From Nemertoderma westbladi (lineage: Eukaryota; Animalia; Xenacoelomorpha), in assembly GCA_032718475.1 (NCBI GenBank), contig JAUCBJ010009069.1:1-35901 (forward strand): a DNA stretch of 35,901 nucleotides, in the 5' to 3' direction. Positions 27,101 to 35,901 of the stretch are shown piece after piece. The position numbers and the translations under genes were made by a program. The notes under the pieces are model-generated. The model did no database searches and was not told the DNA's origin. It saw only the letters and a program-made list of their open reading frames with translations. Every line of letters starts with the position of its first letter. Position 1 is the first letter of the stretch.

Positions 27101-30026
27101 GTGTTGGCAAGCTGTACTTTTCGAGGTGTTTGTTATTATACATTTATTATAGGAAGGGATCTAGGGGTCTTAACCTCGAATGATAAGTTTATTTTACCGA
27201 AAATAACTTATCGAGTATTAATTTCAAAGCCAGCTGCAATTTTATTAGCCCCTGATTTTTATTATTGATATGTGTAATGACTTTGTATAATAACAAACAC
27301 CCCGCTGTATTTTTGACAGATTTTTGGCCAGAAATTTACACATTTTGTTAAATATTTCAGCTATAAAAAAATTAAGAAAGTGGTAATAGGGGGTGTTAAG
27401 AATCAACCAATCATCTTTGCACTTTTACAAGAATTCGTCAATTTTTAGAAAAGCCTTTGCATTTTGAAATTTTTAATTTGCATTCTGCAGAAATTGCATT
27501 TAAAGTTTATGCTTAGGGTAATTCTGTCCATTGAAATGTTAGAATGCACACAACCATGCTGAAAATTTTGTTGCAAGGGTTTTCCGGGTCTGTGATTGCA
27601 TTTCTAAAGTCCGTTTACTCATTTGACAGAGTCATCGCTGTCTGTCACTGCTGTCTGTCTGTCCGTCAAAATATGACCGACAACTGAACAGACAAACAGA
27701 CAATGTGGATGACATCAAACACGAAAACTGATATCGGAAATGAAATCACCAACCATGAAAACCTCCAAAACAAAATTGTAGCTAGTTGGTATGCATTCCA
27801 ATTACTTTGACAGACAGATCACTGGACAGACAGAAAAACCGACAGACAGATGTACAGACACGTTAAAAGTGTAAACTGACGTCGGAAATGAATTCAACAA
27901 CCAGGATAACCCCCATAACAAATCTTTTTGTCAAGTTGGAATGATTTCCTTATATTTTGACAGATAGACTGACGGACATACAGACAGACCGACAATCAGA
28001 AATAATGGACTTCACTAAAAATTAGAACTGACTTCGGAAATGAAATAAGCGATCAAAATAACCACAACAAAGAGGTTTTAGATAGGTGGTATGATGTCCT
28101 TATATTTTGATAGACAGATCGTCGGATAGACAGACAGACTGACAGACAGACATAGATACATAATAGTTTTTGTTAAAAGTGAAAAGTGACGTTTGGAATG
28201 AAATCAGCGACCAGGAATACTCCCATAACATAACTTTTACCAAGAAAGAATGGTTTTGTTATATTTTGACAGACAAACCGTCAGAAACACAATCCCAGAC
28301 AAACACTTTTCACAGACACATACACAGATTAAGGTAACATTATCACTCATAACTTTTGAACTACATTAGCTGTTAACAAACGGTTTGAAATTTTGAAATC
28401 CTCACAAAAATCTACACCAGGAGGGATTGAAAATGAAAAATATTTTTTTTTTCAGAATTAGCCCCCCCCCCCCCCCCCCCCCCCTTAAACGTTATTATTA
28501 TATTGTATTTCACAGCGAACAATTACACTATTGCACTGCTATAGACACCTACGTAACTGCTTGTGCCTTGGAAGGGATTAATATTGAATGGCGAAGCTTA
28601 CCAGATGTAGTTGGATACTGTCGTAAGTAATTATTACCTAGTATAGTTGATATAATAGAAAGGACTTCACCCACAAACAAAAGAAAAATAATAGGTACGG
28701 TAGATACGAGTTGTACTACAGTTCTTCCTCAGGTACATATATACTGAACTGATTAGGTCAGGTCAGGTATTCTAGGTCATTGGTCAAAAAAACTAACCAC
28801 CTCCATGCAGCATAAAGGAGGTGCCACCTGTAGCTGCTTAGACCCTCTTACTAGGGCAAATCTGGTCCTGTAACTAGGACCCCCTTCGTTCTGGGATAAG
28901 AACGCCCTTGGTCCTGGATTAAGGACCCATATACTTGGCTGCAGGGGTATATGGCCTGACCAGGCAGATGGTGATCTACCAATGGCTGGTCAGGAGTAGA
29001 GTGTTCTCATGTCCACTCTGAGTGCACTTCACTGCGACCTGCACCTGGCAGCAAGGGTACATGGCATGACACAGCAGATGAGCTGCACAGCCAATGGAGG
29101 GTCATGTGCGCCAGAGTAGATATGGGTGATGGGCCTCATATCTGACTCCACTGCGACACCCACCCTGTGGAATGGCAAACCAGGGTGTGGTATTTGCCCC
29201 GAGAGCTGACTCGGCAAAAAAGCACCCCCCAACCCCCCACTATGGATTACATTAGTAATGCGGAGGTCCAGCCACTATAAATACAGGCCAGTGGAATTAC
29301 CGGACACAATTGAAACTTATATCAACATTCAGTATGTACCTGAGGAAGAACTGTAGTTACTGTTGGAAAGCTCCTTCCCAACGTACATATTATTTTCCTT
29401 TTGTTTGTGTATGAAGGAAGACCTTTCTATATTTACAAACATTAATGTCTTACTTTCAAATAATTATTACCTACATTACTTATTAGCGGTTGTTATAGAT
29501 CCCATATGAACTTTATAGTACAACATTACATTACATCTAAATTATTTTACAACTTTACAATTAATGCGGCAATCTCGGCAAACAAATACATTTATAGGAA
29601 TCAATTTAAATCCTAGCTAAAAGCACACTGTACAAACGCAACTAAAATCTCAATATTAAATCTTATTTTCACATTGAGAAATTCAACCAAATATTTTAAA
29701 CTTTATTAAACAAATATATTTTAATAATGTGTGGTGTTTTAGCATCTGTCACTTGGTACTGTTATATATTGGATTGACACGTTATACGTACTTGTTGTAT
29801 AATTTGTTACGTAAATACAACTTACAAGTTTAGTAATTAGTCATAGCCGTCGCCTTTGTTGCTACATTAATTAATTTTTACAGACGTAAAATGCGAAGTT
29901 CCCAGTCAAATATACTCATCGTGTGCGCCTACTTGCGGCCTGACATGTAACACACTGGGCGACTACCAAACAGATGATTACTGCAATAGCCCTTGTGTCA
30001 GCGGATGCATGTGTGCAAGTGGCCAG
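29..30026 (+). CDS. Multi-exon SCO-spondin-like / VWF-mucin superfamily gene, partial (15 exons traced; EMI-like, 2x VWD, 2x C8, 2x TIL, VWC-like)
   Basis: All 15 exons are bounded by AG/GT, phases match at every junction, and there are no stops. Motifs: CCKGYRGDSC (EMI-like end), ATCVDYGRFHYRTFDG and ECGVLGHGHYKTFDG (VWD starts), GLCGTF/GLCGYF, C8 and TIL Cys spacing. EMI before VWD and xGLCG rather than CGLCG favour SCO-spondin over VWF or gel-forming mucins (inference). Confidence 0.85.
542..648 (+). CDS. Exon 2, EMI-like C-terminal part (EVDTRPTGQVEICCKGYRGDSCEINIDEEDTALKL)
   Basis: atcag acceptor at 540-541, CCxGYxGxxC motif, C|GTAAGT donor. Confidence 0.8.
798..988 (+). CDS. Exon 3, Pro-rich linker and start of VWD1 (ATCVDYGRFHYRTFDGFQYSFAGSCKYTLA)
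   Basis: ttaacag acceptor, CAG|GTTAGT donor; overlaps ORF 806-1009; HYRTFDG motif. Confidence 0.93.
949..1060 (+). repeat. Tandem duplication (period 64 bp) of the 3' end of exon 3 plus its splice donor
   Basis: caaatacaccttggcaaaatccatagacaatgtctggcaggttagttt at 949 recurs at 1013 with 3 substitutions. Confidence 0.9.
1061..1460 (-). mobile_element. 5'-truncated LINE 3' end (CR1/L2 group) with (TCTA)n tail
   Basis: Nearly identical (about 5 mismatches by eye in ~400 bp) to 30493-30889, which is the 3' UTR and ORF end of the RT-encoding copy. Confidence 0.92.
2228..2450. repeat. Degenerate ~70-bp tandem repeat, about 3 copies
   Basis: Recurring ttggttagaa(a/g)ag...ctgtaac...tgtattgttaacgag. 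Confidence 0.65.
2505..2656 (+). CDS. Exon 4, VWD1 (IDVDKGNCLEAGSCVKSLSMSFG...GENV)
   Basis: ttag acceptor, AA|GTAAGT donor, phase 0 to 2, VWD C-x5-C-xKS pattern. Confidence 0.9.
2808..2932 (+). CDS. Exon 5, VWD1 (AIKLEKSGDYVYLDTSYGVRLKWNSETIYVTV...)
   Basis: tttcag acceptor, G|GTTCAT donor, GVRLKW VWD strand motif, phases fit. Confidence 0.9.
3011..3040. repeat. Poly-C tract in a 140-bp intron
   Basis: About 29 C with one A; similar C/G runs at 16423-16436, 20786-20796 and 28462-28484. Confidence 0.9.
3073..3320 (+). CDS. Exon 6, end of VWD1 and start of C8 (GLCGTFSNELTDEF...FANSWK...SFMECNNV)
   Basis: tttag acceptor, GTG|GTTAGT donor; GLCG and FANSW motifs; its last 27 nt start the 46-bp satellite. 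Confidence 0.93.
3294..15678 (+). repeat. 46-bp tandem satellite, roughly 270 units in this assembly: G(A/G)CTCGTTTATGGAGTGTAACAATGTG|GTTAGTATTTAATTATTAA
   Basis: Period read directly (gttagt at 3321, 3367, ...); near-identical units with SNP and short-deletion variants; contains an N gap, so true length is unknown. Confidence 0.98.
5771..5870. other. Assembly gap (100 N) inside the satellite
   Basis: Run of n; 100 is a usual placeholder for a gap of unknown size. Confidence 0.99.
15778..15992. repeat. 20-bp minisatellite (about 11 copies) TGTAGGCCTACAGCTCCTTA with palindromic core
   Basis: Read directly; core TGTAGGCCTACA is self-complementary. Confidence 0.95.
17648..17810 (+). CDS. Exon 7, C8 domain (INPSRYIYACLYDIC...YALECASVGIQLTWRTAAQC)
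   Basis: tttatag acceptor, G|GTGAGT donor, typical C8 C-terminal half, phase 0 matches exon 6. Confidence 0.93.
17998..18244 (+). CDS. Exon 8, TIL domain and start of VWC-like module (CPQTC...GCFCPEG...CPCYFHDNEYKKGDEIKQDCNT)
   Basis: ttctag acceptor, TG|GTTCGT donor; overlaps ORF 18072-18332. Confidence 0.93.
18355..18493 (+). CDS. Exon 9, end of VWC-like and start of VWD2 (CVCNGGKWKCS...HYKTFDGRFYDFIGSCSYTLAK)
   Basis: taag acceptor, AAG|GTAATT donor; HYKTFDG motif. Confidence 0.93.
18657..18792 (+). CDS. Exon 10, VWD2 (HIDGLFEINVQSHDCVGNQRMACHKSVTINY...VISY)
   Basis: ttgtag acceptor, A|GTGAGT donor; C-x7-CxKSVTI pattern; its last 14 nt start the 30-bp repeat. Confidence 0.9.
18779..19194 (+). 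repeat. 30-bp minisatellite (about 14 copies) CGTTATTTCRTACA|GTGAGTAATTTATAAA spanning the exon 10 donor
   Basis: Read directly; first unit overlaps the last 14 coding nt of exon 10. Confidence 0.97.
19590..19756 (+). CDS. Exon 11, VWD2 (GESITEFP...VLYDNTNKVYVRVFDTYQRK)
   Basis: ggcag acceptor, AAG|GTAAGT donor; overlaps ORF 19571-19771. Confidence 0.9.
19988..20152 (+). CDS. Exon 12, end of VWD2 (LTGLCGYFDHNLKNDF...FGDSFQ...CALNSQ)
   Basis: tttag acceptor, CAA|GTAAGT donor, GLCG motif. Confidence 0.93.
20317..20824 (+). mobile_element. ~505-bp hairpin-rich interspersed element, copy 1 (possible 5' UTR of the adjacent RTE LINE)
   Basis: High identity to 28756-29259; starts GGTCAGGTCAGGT; lies just upstream of an RTE endonuclease fragment. 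The repeat is certain; the 5' UTR identity and strand are inference. Confidence 0.7.
20862..21010 (+). mobile_element. RTE-clade LINE fragment: middle of the AP endonuclease domain
   Basis: IVCYSPTS...EEVENFYHNL...FLGDFN is the APE YxPT and GDFN signature. Confidence 0.85.
21017..24050 (-). mobile_element. Decayed RTE-X-like LINE (ORF1 remnant, frameshifted RT, C-terminal Cys/His motif) nested in the RTE element
   Basis: ORF1-like RERNLIITGL..RLG..PRPLLV..VYIKKD (23565-24023); NYRGISI, FVDYSKAYDRV, GVRQG, broken DD motif (FMDA); RLRLMSHNLQIEKGRW...CVC...DEGHVLLQC; AATAAA plus (TAC)n tail at 21017-21035; several frameshifts. Confidence 0.88.
24051..25378 (+). mobile_element. RTE-clade LINE fragment: end of APE fused by internal deletion to RT domains 4-7 and C-terminus
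   Basis: TQFKKRTGKLWSH..P..HKSQIDH..SSD (APE end), then GVLQRDTLAPFLFIIVVDY, DLDYAND (mutated YADD), FCYLGS, RLRFAGHCFR in ORF 24260-25378. Confidence 0.9.
25409..25735 (-). mobile_element. Putative SINE/LINE 3' fragment ending in a (CTA)n tail
   Basis: GC-richer block bounded by tagtagtagtag at 25409; no protein motif or tRNA head seen. Confidence 0.35.
25742..26098. repeat. Perfect 51-bp tandem repeat, 7 identical copies
   Basis: agttataccagtttggggaaaggttctctagacacagacttgtggcagctg x7. Confidence 0.98.
26105..26850. repeat. Degenerate 30-bp minisatellite (about 24 copies), TTTGCACAATTAGGGTGCAAGG.. with internal hairpin
   Basis: Period 30; TTGCAC/GTGCAA inverted pair in many units; multi-unit sub-duplications. 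Confidence 0.92.
26878..27008 (+). CDS. Exon 13, C8 domain (MEPGAKTYCQILKKEPFSACHKDVDVTSYYQNCLWDVC)
   Basis: tttgcag acceptor, AG|GTTTAC donor; FSACH..V...YY..C.WD.C C8 motif. Confidence 0.92.
27545..28330. repeat. ~150-bp repeat containing (GACA)n: 4 diverged direct units preceded by one inverted unit; likely interior of a non-autonomous DNA transposon
   Basis: cggaaatgaa-like anchor at 27735, 27883, 28035, 28194; ttatattttgacagacaga recurring; 27545-27676 is the reverse complement of a unit. Confidence 0.75.
28516..28622 (+). CDS. Exon 14, end of C8 (HYCTAIDTYVTACALEGINIEWRS...YC)
   Basis: ttcacag acceptor, C|GTAAGT donor; lies inside ORF 28427-28630. Confidence 0.92.
28641..29460. mobile_element. 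Penelope-like insertion: imperfect ~100-bp inverted repeats, 13-bp target-site duplication, hammerhead-like core
   Basis: TAATTATTACCTA at 28628-28640 and 29461-29473; 28655-28753 is inverted relative to 29321-29430; CTGAGGA...GAAA at 29340-29369. Confidence 0.65.
28756..29259 (+). mobile_element. ~505-bp hairpin-rich interspersed element, copy 2
   Basis: High identity to 20317-20824, same GGTCAGGTCAGGT start. Confidence 0.75.
29884..30026 (+). CDS. Exon 15, TIL domain (CEVPSQIYSSCAPTCGLTC...CNSPCVSGCMCASGQ)
   Basis: tttacag acceptor, CAG|GTTGGT donor, TIL Cys spacing. Confidence 0.92.
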
Positions 30027-30492
30027 GTTGGTAATGAAACCTGCGACTTATTTCAACTAATTAAACTTGATACAGTTAGTAAAGTACTTTGCGATTCTCG
30101 TGGATTTATTTCCACTCACTCTCTACGTTCGTTCGTGTAACAATCCATCATTATCAGCATACTGAAAAGTACTACTTTAAATATACATATTGGTTATATA
30201 ATTAAAATAAATTGAAACAATTCTTCGCTTTGCTCTTTGAGGCTTTTTGTTTAATTAATTGCTGTCTGTTCAAAGCTACAGCTGAGCTGAAATGCTTAAA
30301 TAGAATCATGTTGATATGAAGTTGTTTAAAATTGCTAGTGCCGAGATTCGAACCAGAGACTCTGTCGAGACACGAAATCTGTTATTATTTAACAAACAGC
30401 TCTTCCCGGGGTTACCCCAGCTCTTCAATAAATAGTTCAACAAGCCTTTTACTGGGAAAGAACTATTAGAACAGCATATAGAATTCCTATGT

Positions 30493-32545
30493 GATAGATA
30501 GATAGATTTATTTATACATTATGTAAAAACAATAACAAATACACCAAACAATGTACCGGTATAAAGGTATTGTCCAACATAACATATAGGATTACCCCTA
30601 AAGCTTTGCAGCTTATTTCCAAGGGGGTCCTTTATGTTACTTGGTTACAAATACAATATTACACTACGCTAACCTAAAACCAATATAAAACGTAATTACA
30701 CTATGTACATGTACAACTTTACCGAGAGCGTGACAATGTCCGACTCAACGATAAAGATGTAATGTACAGAACAATTTATTATAAAACGTAATTACGGTAT
30801 AAATAGTAAATAATTAATAAACTAATAACTTACTGTAGGACTATTGTACCTATTTTTGCATTGCACACGGAGATGAGATTTAACTGCAGATTTAAAAGAA
30901 TGTTGATTATTTAGGTTTTTAATTTCATAAGGCAGAGCGTTCCAATTTTTTATGCCGTTAAAAAAGAAAGTATCAGATTCAAAGGATTTACAATTCGGGA
31001 GGTAGAAGTTTGAAGCACTAGCTCTGGTACTGTAAGAGTGTGTATCGCGTACTCTGTTGAATTTTTGTTTTAGGTAATTGGGACATTTACCATTATACAC
31101 TTTATGCACATGGTTAAGGCGTAGCTGCTTAACTCTACTATCTAAGTTAAGTAGTCCAGATTCAGAAAAGTCATCTGGAGTTAGGTGGTGCCTAGGTTTG
31201 TAGTCTTTAATAAATCGTACTACTTTATTCTGAGCTACTTGTAATTTACATTTAAGCTGTTTGGTTAAGCCTTCATACCAAGAAGAGCACGCATAGTCCA
31301 TGTGACACTGTATTAAAGAAGAGCAAAGTAACTTGCGGGAGTCGGTGTTCAAACTATTTTTATTTCTGTATAGAAACCTAAGCCTACTGTTAACTTTGGA
31401 GAAAATATTTTTCACTGTACTTTCTCCTGATAAGCAGTTATCCAATGTGGCGCCTAAATATTTAACTTCCTTTTTATTTTCAATCTTATGTCCATTACTA
31501 GTGACTTCAAACTTAGTTACCTTCTTTAACTTTCTTTTGGAACCAAACAAAATACTTTCAGTTTTACCGTAGTGAATGGATAGCTTATTATCAACCAACC
31601 ACTCATTACAGGATTCTAGAACTGCACTTAACTTTTGGGAAATATGGATAGGATCTTTATGAGAGAAAATAAGAGCACTGTCGTCGGCATATAAAATGAG
31701 TTTAAAATCGGGATCTATACTACTTATCATATCATTTACATAGCATACAAAAAGCAGAGGACCTAATATACTACCTTGCGGTACACCACAGGTAATCTCT
31801 TGTACAGTAGACAGCGATTTGCTAATGACTACAGTTTGACCTCTGTCTGACAGGTAGGACTTGAACCAGTCTATAGAACCTACACCCATCAGGCCTAACT
31901 TACCAAGCAGAATTTCGTGATCTACAGTATCGAAAACCTTTTGTAGGTCCAACATTACCATACCAGTATATAAACCCTTTGCGTTATTACATCTAATTGT
32001 ATCAGTTAAGTTAATAAGGCAGGTGTCTGTAGAATATGATTTACGAAAACCGGACTGAAGTTCATAGATCAGATTTAGCCTACTAAGATGTGCCTCCAGC
32101 TGTAGAAAAACAGAACGTTCTAGAATTTTAGATACAATACTTAAGATACTAACAGGTCTGTAATTACAGGGTTCTACTTTACTATTCTTTTTATACAGAG
32201 GAACAACCTTAGCTAATTTCAGTTCGTCTGGTACTACATTATCTACGATAGAGTAATTAATAATAAAAGTAATAGGCACTTTAAGTACTTCAGCACCATC
32301 CTTAAGAAAACGGGCAGGTATTAGATCTAGACCGGTACTTTTTGAGGCTGATAGGCTAAGTAGATTTTTAAAAACGAAATCCTCAGAAACGGGTTTTAAA
32401 AATAACTTTTCTGAATTTTGTAACTTTTCTAAATAAAAATTATTTAGAGTTTCGGACCCTATACTATATTTATTACTTGATAACGGTAATTTCTTAACTA
32501 AATTAGAGGCAACATTAGTAAAATAATTATTAAATAAATTACTTT
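30493..32545 (-). mobile_element. 5'-truncated young LINE (CR1/L2 group, Crack/Daphne-like) with uninterrupted RT reading frame and (TCTA)n tail
   Basis: ORF 30822-32279: [58 protein letters not shown]; frame continues upstream ([26 protein letters not shown]); no endonuclease present. Confidence 0.95.
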
Positions 32546-34805
32546 TATCAATTTATTATTCCATTACTAAATTATAAAATCAGGCGAAGCACAAATGATC
32601 ACAAATTAATTAAGTAGAATAATTAAGATAGAAGCACAGGTTAACAATAAATATTTACAATAAAGAAACAGATATGTAATCAGTACATATCTGGGTCAAC
32701 ACCCCGAATCCCCGCCCCATTCCCAAACCCGAGGCCCCTGTTCGCGCTTTCAGACCTTTGGCAGTTTAACCCACCAAATTAAGATGTCTTCTAGATATTA
32801 AATCGGTTTTTAGTCTATGACAAGTATTTGATTCACTACACTAGTCGAAACCAATCCGTGCGCGACCATTCACCCGCTGGATATTCCCGGGAGATTGGGT
32901 TCGACGGTTTAATTTTATTGCTATGTAAGCCTAATGTATTATTCGACTGACAGTATTATATAATCTCTGACAATATTATTCACTTTCGGGAATATTAACA
33001 GTTCCTTTAGGACGTGGCGCTTTATCTATATAAACAGAGTTATGACTTAAACTACTCACAACGATATGGCTTAATTATAATTCACATATATGGCGCATTC
33101 TTTAGGAATTGCTTCTTTAACAGACTCACTCATACACAATGCTGCACAATACTGCACACTAATCTGCCAATCTTTACTGATTTTAGTCACATATAAAAAG
33201 AACACAGACTGACTCATGTAGGGTCTATCAAATAACATTAGATTCACTTCAAACCACTTTAACATAAGTCACAATCGTTTATCTGTAACCCTTCTCTCTT
33301 ACCTTCGGTATATCAAGAATATTGGGTTTCGGGGTTATTTATCGTTATTCCAAATATAATAATTCATCAACCATATTATGAAGAACTGACAGTAAATAGC
33401 AGTATAAAACAACAACTGAACACTGATTGTTATGAGTTTGCAATGTTTCAGCAGTCAGTATGTATGATCAGTTAGCAGCGATTAAAAGCCAGGTTAAAGG
33501 ATATATGTCCTTATAATTAAACCTACTAGTGTAAGACTAAAAACTGAAAACACGGAGGTGCCAAAAGCCGGTTCTTAGGCTCTGGGCAAAAACATAACAC
33601 TGAACTACTGAGTTTCTGTATACACCTCCAACACAGAGACAACAAACGCTCTGATTGGTCAACCTGAACAACGAGAGAACAAAGAAACAAAGAAACGTCG
33701 ACGTGGCAATATCAGCTGCTAGCCGTCGTCATGGTAGCGACACTGTTTTCAAAAGTATCCAGCTATTGCGTCACGAGATTGTGGATTATGTCCTCTAAAG
33801 TACAAATACAGTACAAATACATAAGAAATGACTTTTATGTCCTCTAAAACACCAGTACAGCAAGGACACGGCCTTTTTATGCCTGGCAAACCAACTACAG
33901 AGTACTTTAAGGGAAAATAACCGGCTAATTACGCAAAAGCTTTTACACCGCTCCCAGAAAATGGGATTTAAGTCTATAAAATATAACAAATCACAGTTTC
34001 TAAAATATAAAGATACTCTAAACAGTTAGCCTTTCTTACGCAGACGGCGTTTACGCAGTTTTTTGAGGCTAGCAAGAGTCTTTTTCTCTTTGGGGGGAGC
34101 CACTTTACTAGGAGGGCCATAACTCCTGGGTGAAGGGCGCAATATGATTGCATCAGAAGGTGTAGGATTGTGGTCGAGGTATCTGCCGTTTCGATATGCT
34201 TCTCCTCGAGCTGATTTTCCTCCGCTCGTAGCTGGATACGTTCATCCCAAAACTCTCGCAGAGAATAGGATCGTCCAAGTTCGATAACTTCTTAGAGATT
34301 CTGGATTTCCTAATCGAATTGAGATAAGGCCAATTCGTTTATCGACTGGACTTACTGTTATAACTTACGTTTATCTGAACAAACGCAGGTTTCTCTTTTG
34401 ATCTCTATAGAATAGCGTTTAACTCGTTTCGTACAAAGCTCTCCTTCACCTTGATGAGGGGTTGTATCGCGTTAAACGGGGACGACCATACGGTTGGATA
34501 GTGATATTAGGTGTCCGCGTCACAATCCGGCTGGGTAAGATGGGCGGCTAGCTAGAAATCACTGTCGGAGTGTTACCGATTAATTGTTAGGGTAGCACTA
34601 GATCTTTGAACAGTGAATACAGTCCGCGAGGATCCGCGACACCACCAGGATCGCAGGTCTGAGGTCCAACTAAGGAATGAGGAGGTTTGACCGAGTATTC
34701 CGAGACTCTGATCGTAGGTTTACTCCAGGATCGTTCGAGCCGAGTGAGCATAGGTGATACGTCAACAAGTTTCGGTCTCCGTGGATGTTTATGTCTTTCC
34801 GTTTA

Positions 34806-35522
34806 TTAGTTGGGTCTAGGGCATTTACCGTAATAATACCCAAAAACGTACGTCTTGTAGGGGAAACGCGAGTGATCTTTCTCCAGCTTACAATATTCCT
34901 CCATCCGTTCGAAGCTATTCGGTACAACAGGTAGCGGTCGATCGGCGGTAAGATACATCATAGGGGAATCGAGCCGTTTGAGTTCTACCATGTGGTCATG
35001 ATGTATACCTTGAGGATATCGAGTTTCTAGATTTTGTTGACTGGTAATATTGAGATATGTTTCTATCAGGAATTCCAGATAATCGTTGAAGTCGCTGCGT
35101 TTATCCGGCTCCTCAACGTCTTCTCTTTCGAGTCTGTTTCGAATAGAATTCTCGTGTTCCATTCTCGGTTTATCGTTCCGCCTCCGCTGGGTAGGATATT
35201 TCAATCGTACCATTTCCCTTTTGGTGTCGACATTGTCCGTATCGTGTAAATCGATAGGATGACCAGTAGTTAAGAAGCCCATATACGTACCATTACGCTG
35301 CGTATATCGAGCAGCGAATTTTCTATAGTCCAACTCTCGCGAGAGCTGCACTTGGGACATTGTCGGTTCGATATAACGACCATCGTCCTCCGCAGCAGTT
35401 GGACTAACGTCGCCGCGTATTAAGCTATCAACAAACGCTTGTAAAAGTAGGGTATATCGCTCCCCGATACAAGACCATCTTCTATCAACTCCGTCATATC
35501 TGCTATATATGAGTTTATCCAT
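34806..35522 (-). CDS. Intronless 238-aa ORF of unknown function, probably belonging to an inserted virus-like or large transposable element
   Basis: ATG start, natural-looking charged composition, CpG-rich compared with host introns, TATA-like AAATATAAA about 20 nt upstream; no motif recognised. Confidence 0.5.
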   Translation of the reverse strand: MDKLIYSRYDGVDRRWSCIGERYTLLLQAFVDSLIRGDVSPTAAEDDGRYIEPTMSQVQLSRELDYRKFAARYTQRNGTYMGFLTTGHPIDLHDTDNVDTKREMVRLKYPTQRRRNDKPRMEHENSIRNRLEREDVEEPDKRSDFNDYLEFLIETYLNITSQQNLETRYPQGIHHDHMVELKRLDSPMMYLTADRPLPVVPNSFERMEEYCKLEKDHSRFPYKTYVFGYYYGKCPRPN

Positions 35523-35901
35523 ATTATAATGAGTTTATATTTAGGCGAGCGGGCGTCGCTGCCTACCCCAATCAACCCCCGGACAGTACGAGATCCTCAG
35601 CGCCGATGTATCGTCGCCGCTGTAGTTTCGCCAACGACGTAGCCGCACAACGACAACGACAACCGGCACAAGTCACTCGACTGTCCGTCCCAAAGGCTTA
35701 GATGTACTTCAGGTATTCCTTGGAGAGTTAGGTTACTTTACGATTGCGACTAGCTACTGTAAACACACCTTAGTAGTAACATTCACCTATAAACTCACAA
35801 ATACCACACACACAACTTGTCACAAATTACACACACTCGGGTCACTTGTCCGTTAGTCAATGCCTTCCAGAATGTCACTGTATTATTATGTATCCTTGGA
35901 T

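Noticed and set aside
30335-30370. tRNA gene (minus-strand GGTTCGAATC B-box)
   Set aside because: Only a T-arm-like motif; no A-box or cloverleaf. At most a SINE remnant.

Overview
AT-rich, intron-rich animal (probably marine invertebrate) genomic DNA, not prokaryotic. The backbone is the 5' part of a large + strand cysteine-rich extracellular protein gene. I traced 15 GT-AG exons (29-30026) that splice with consistent phases into about 782 stop-free codons: EMI-like - VWD - C8 - TIL - VWC-like - VWD - C8 - TIL. This architecture fits the N-terminus of SCO-spondin (VWF/mucin/hemocytin superfamily); the gene continues beyond both ends of the traced region. The introns hold a ~12.4 kb 46-bp satellite with higher-order structure and one 100-N gap, several minisatellites, a nested pair of decayed LINEs (RTE-X inside RTE), two near-identical copies of a CR1/L2-group LINE, two copies of a hairpin-rich ~500-nt element, a Penelope-like inverted repeat with a hammerhead-like core, and an unidentified CpG-rich coding region at the right end. 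The most striking pattern is that several independent tandem repeats begin at exon/intron junctions of this gene and multiply the real splice site.
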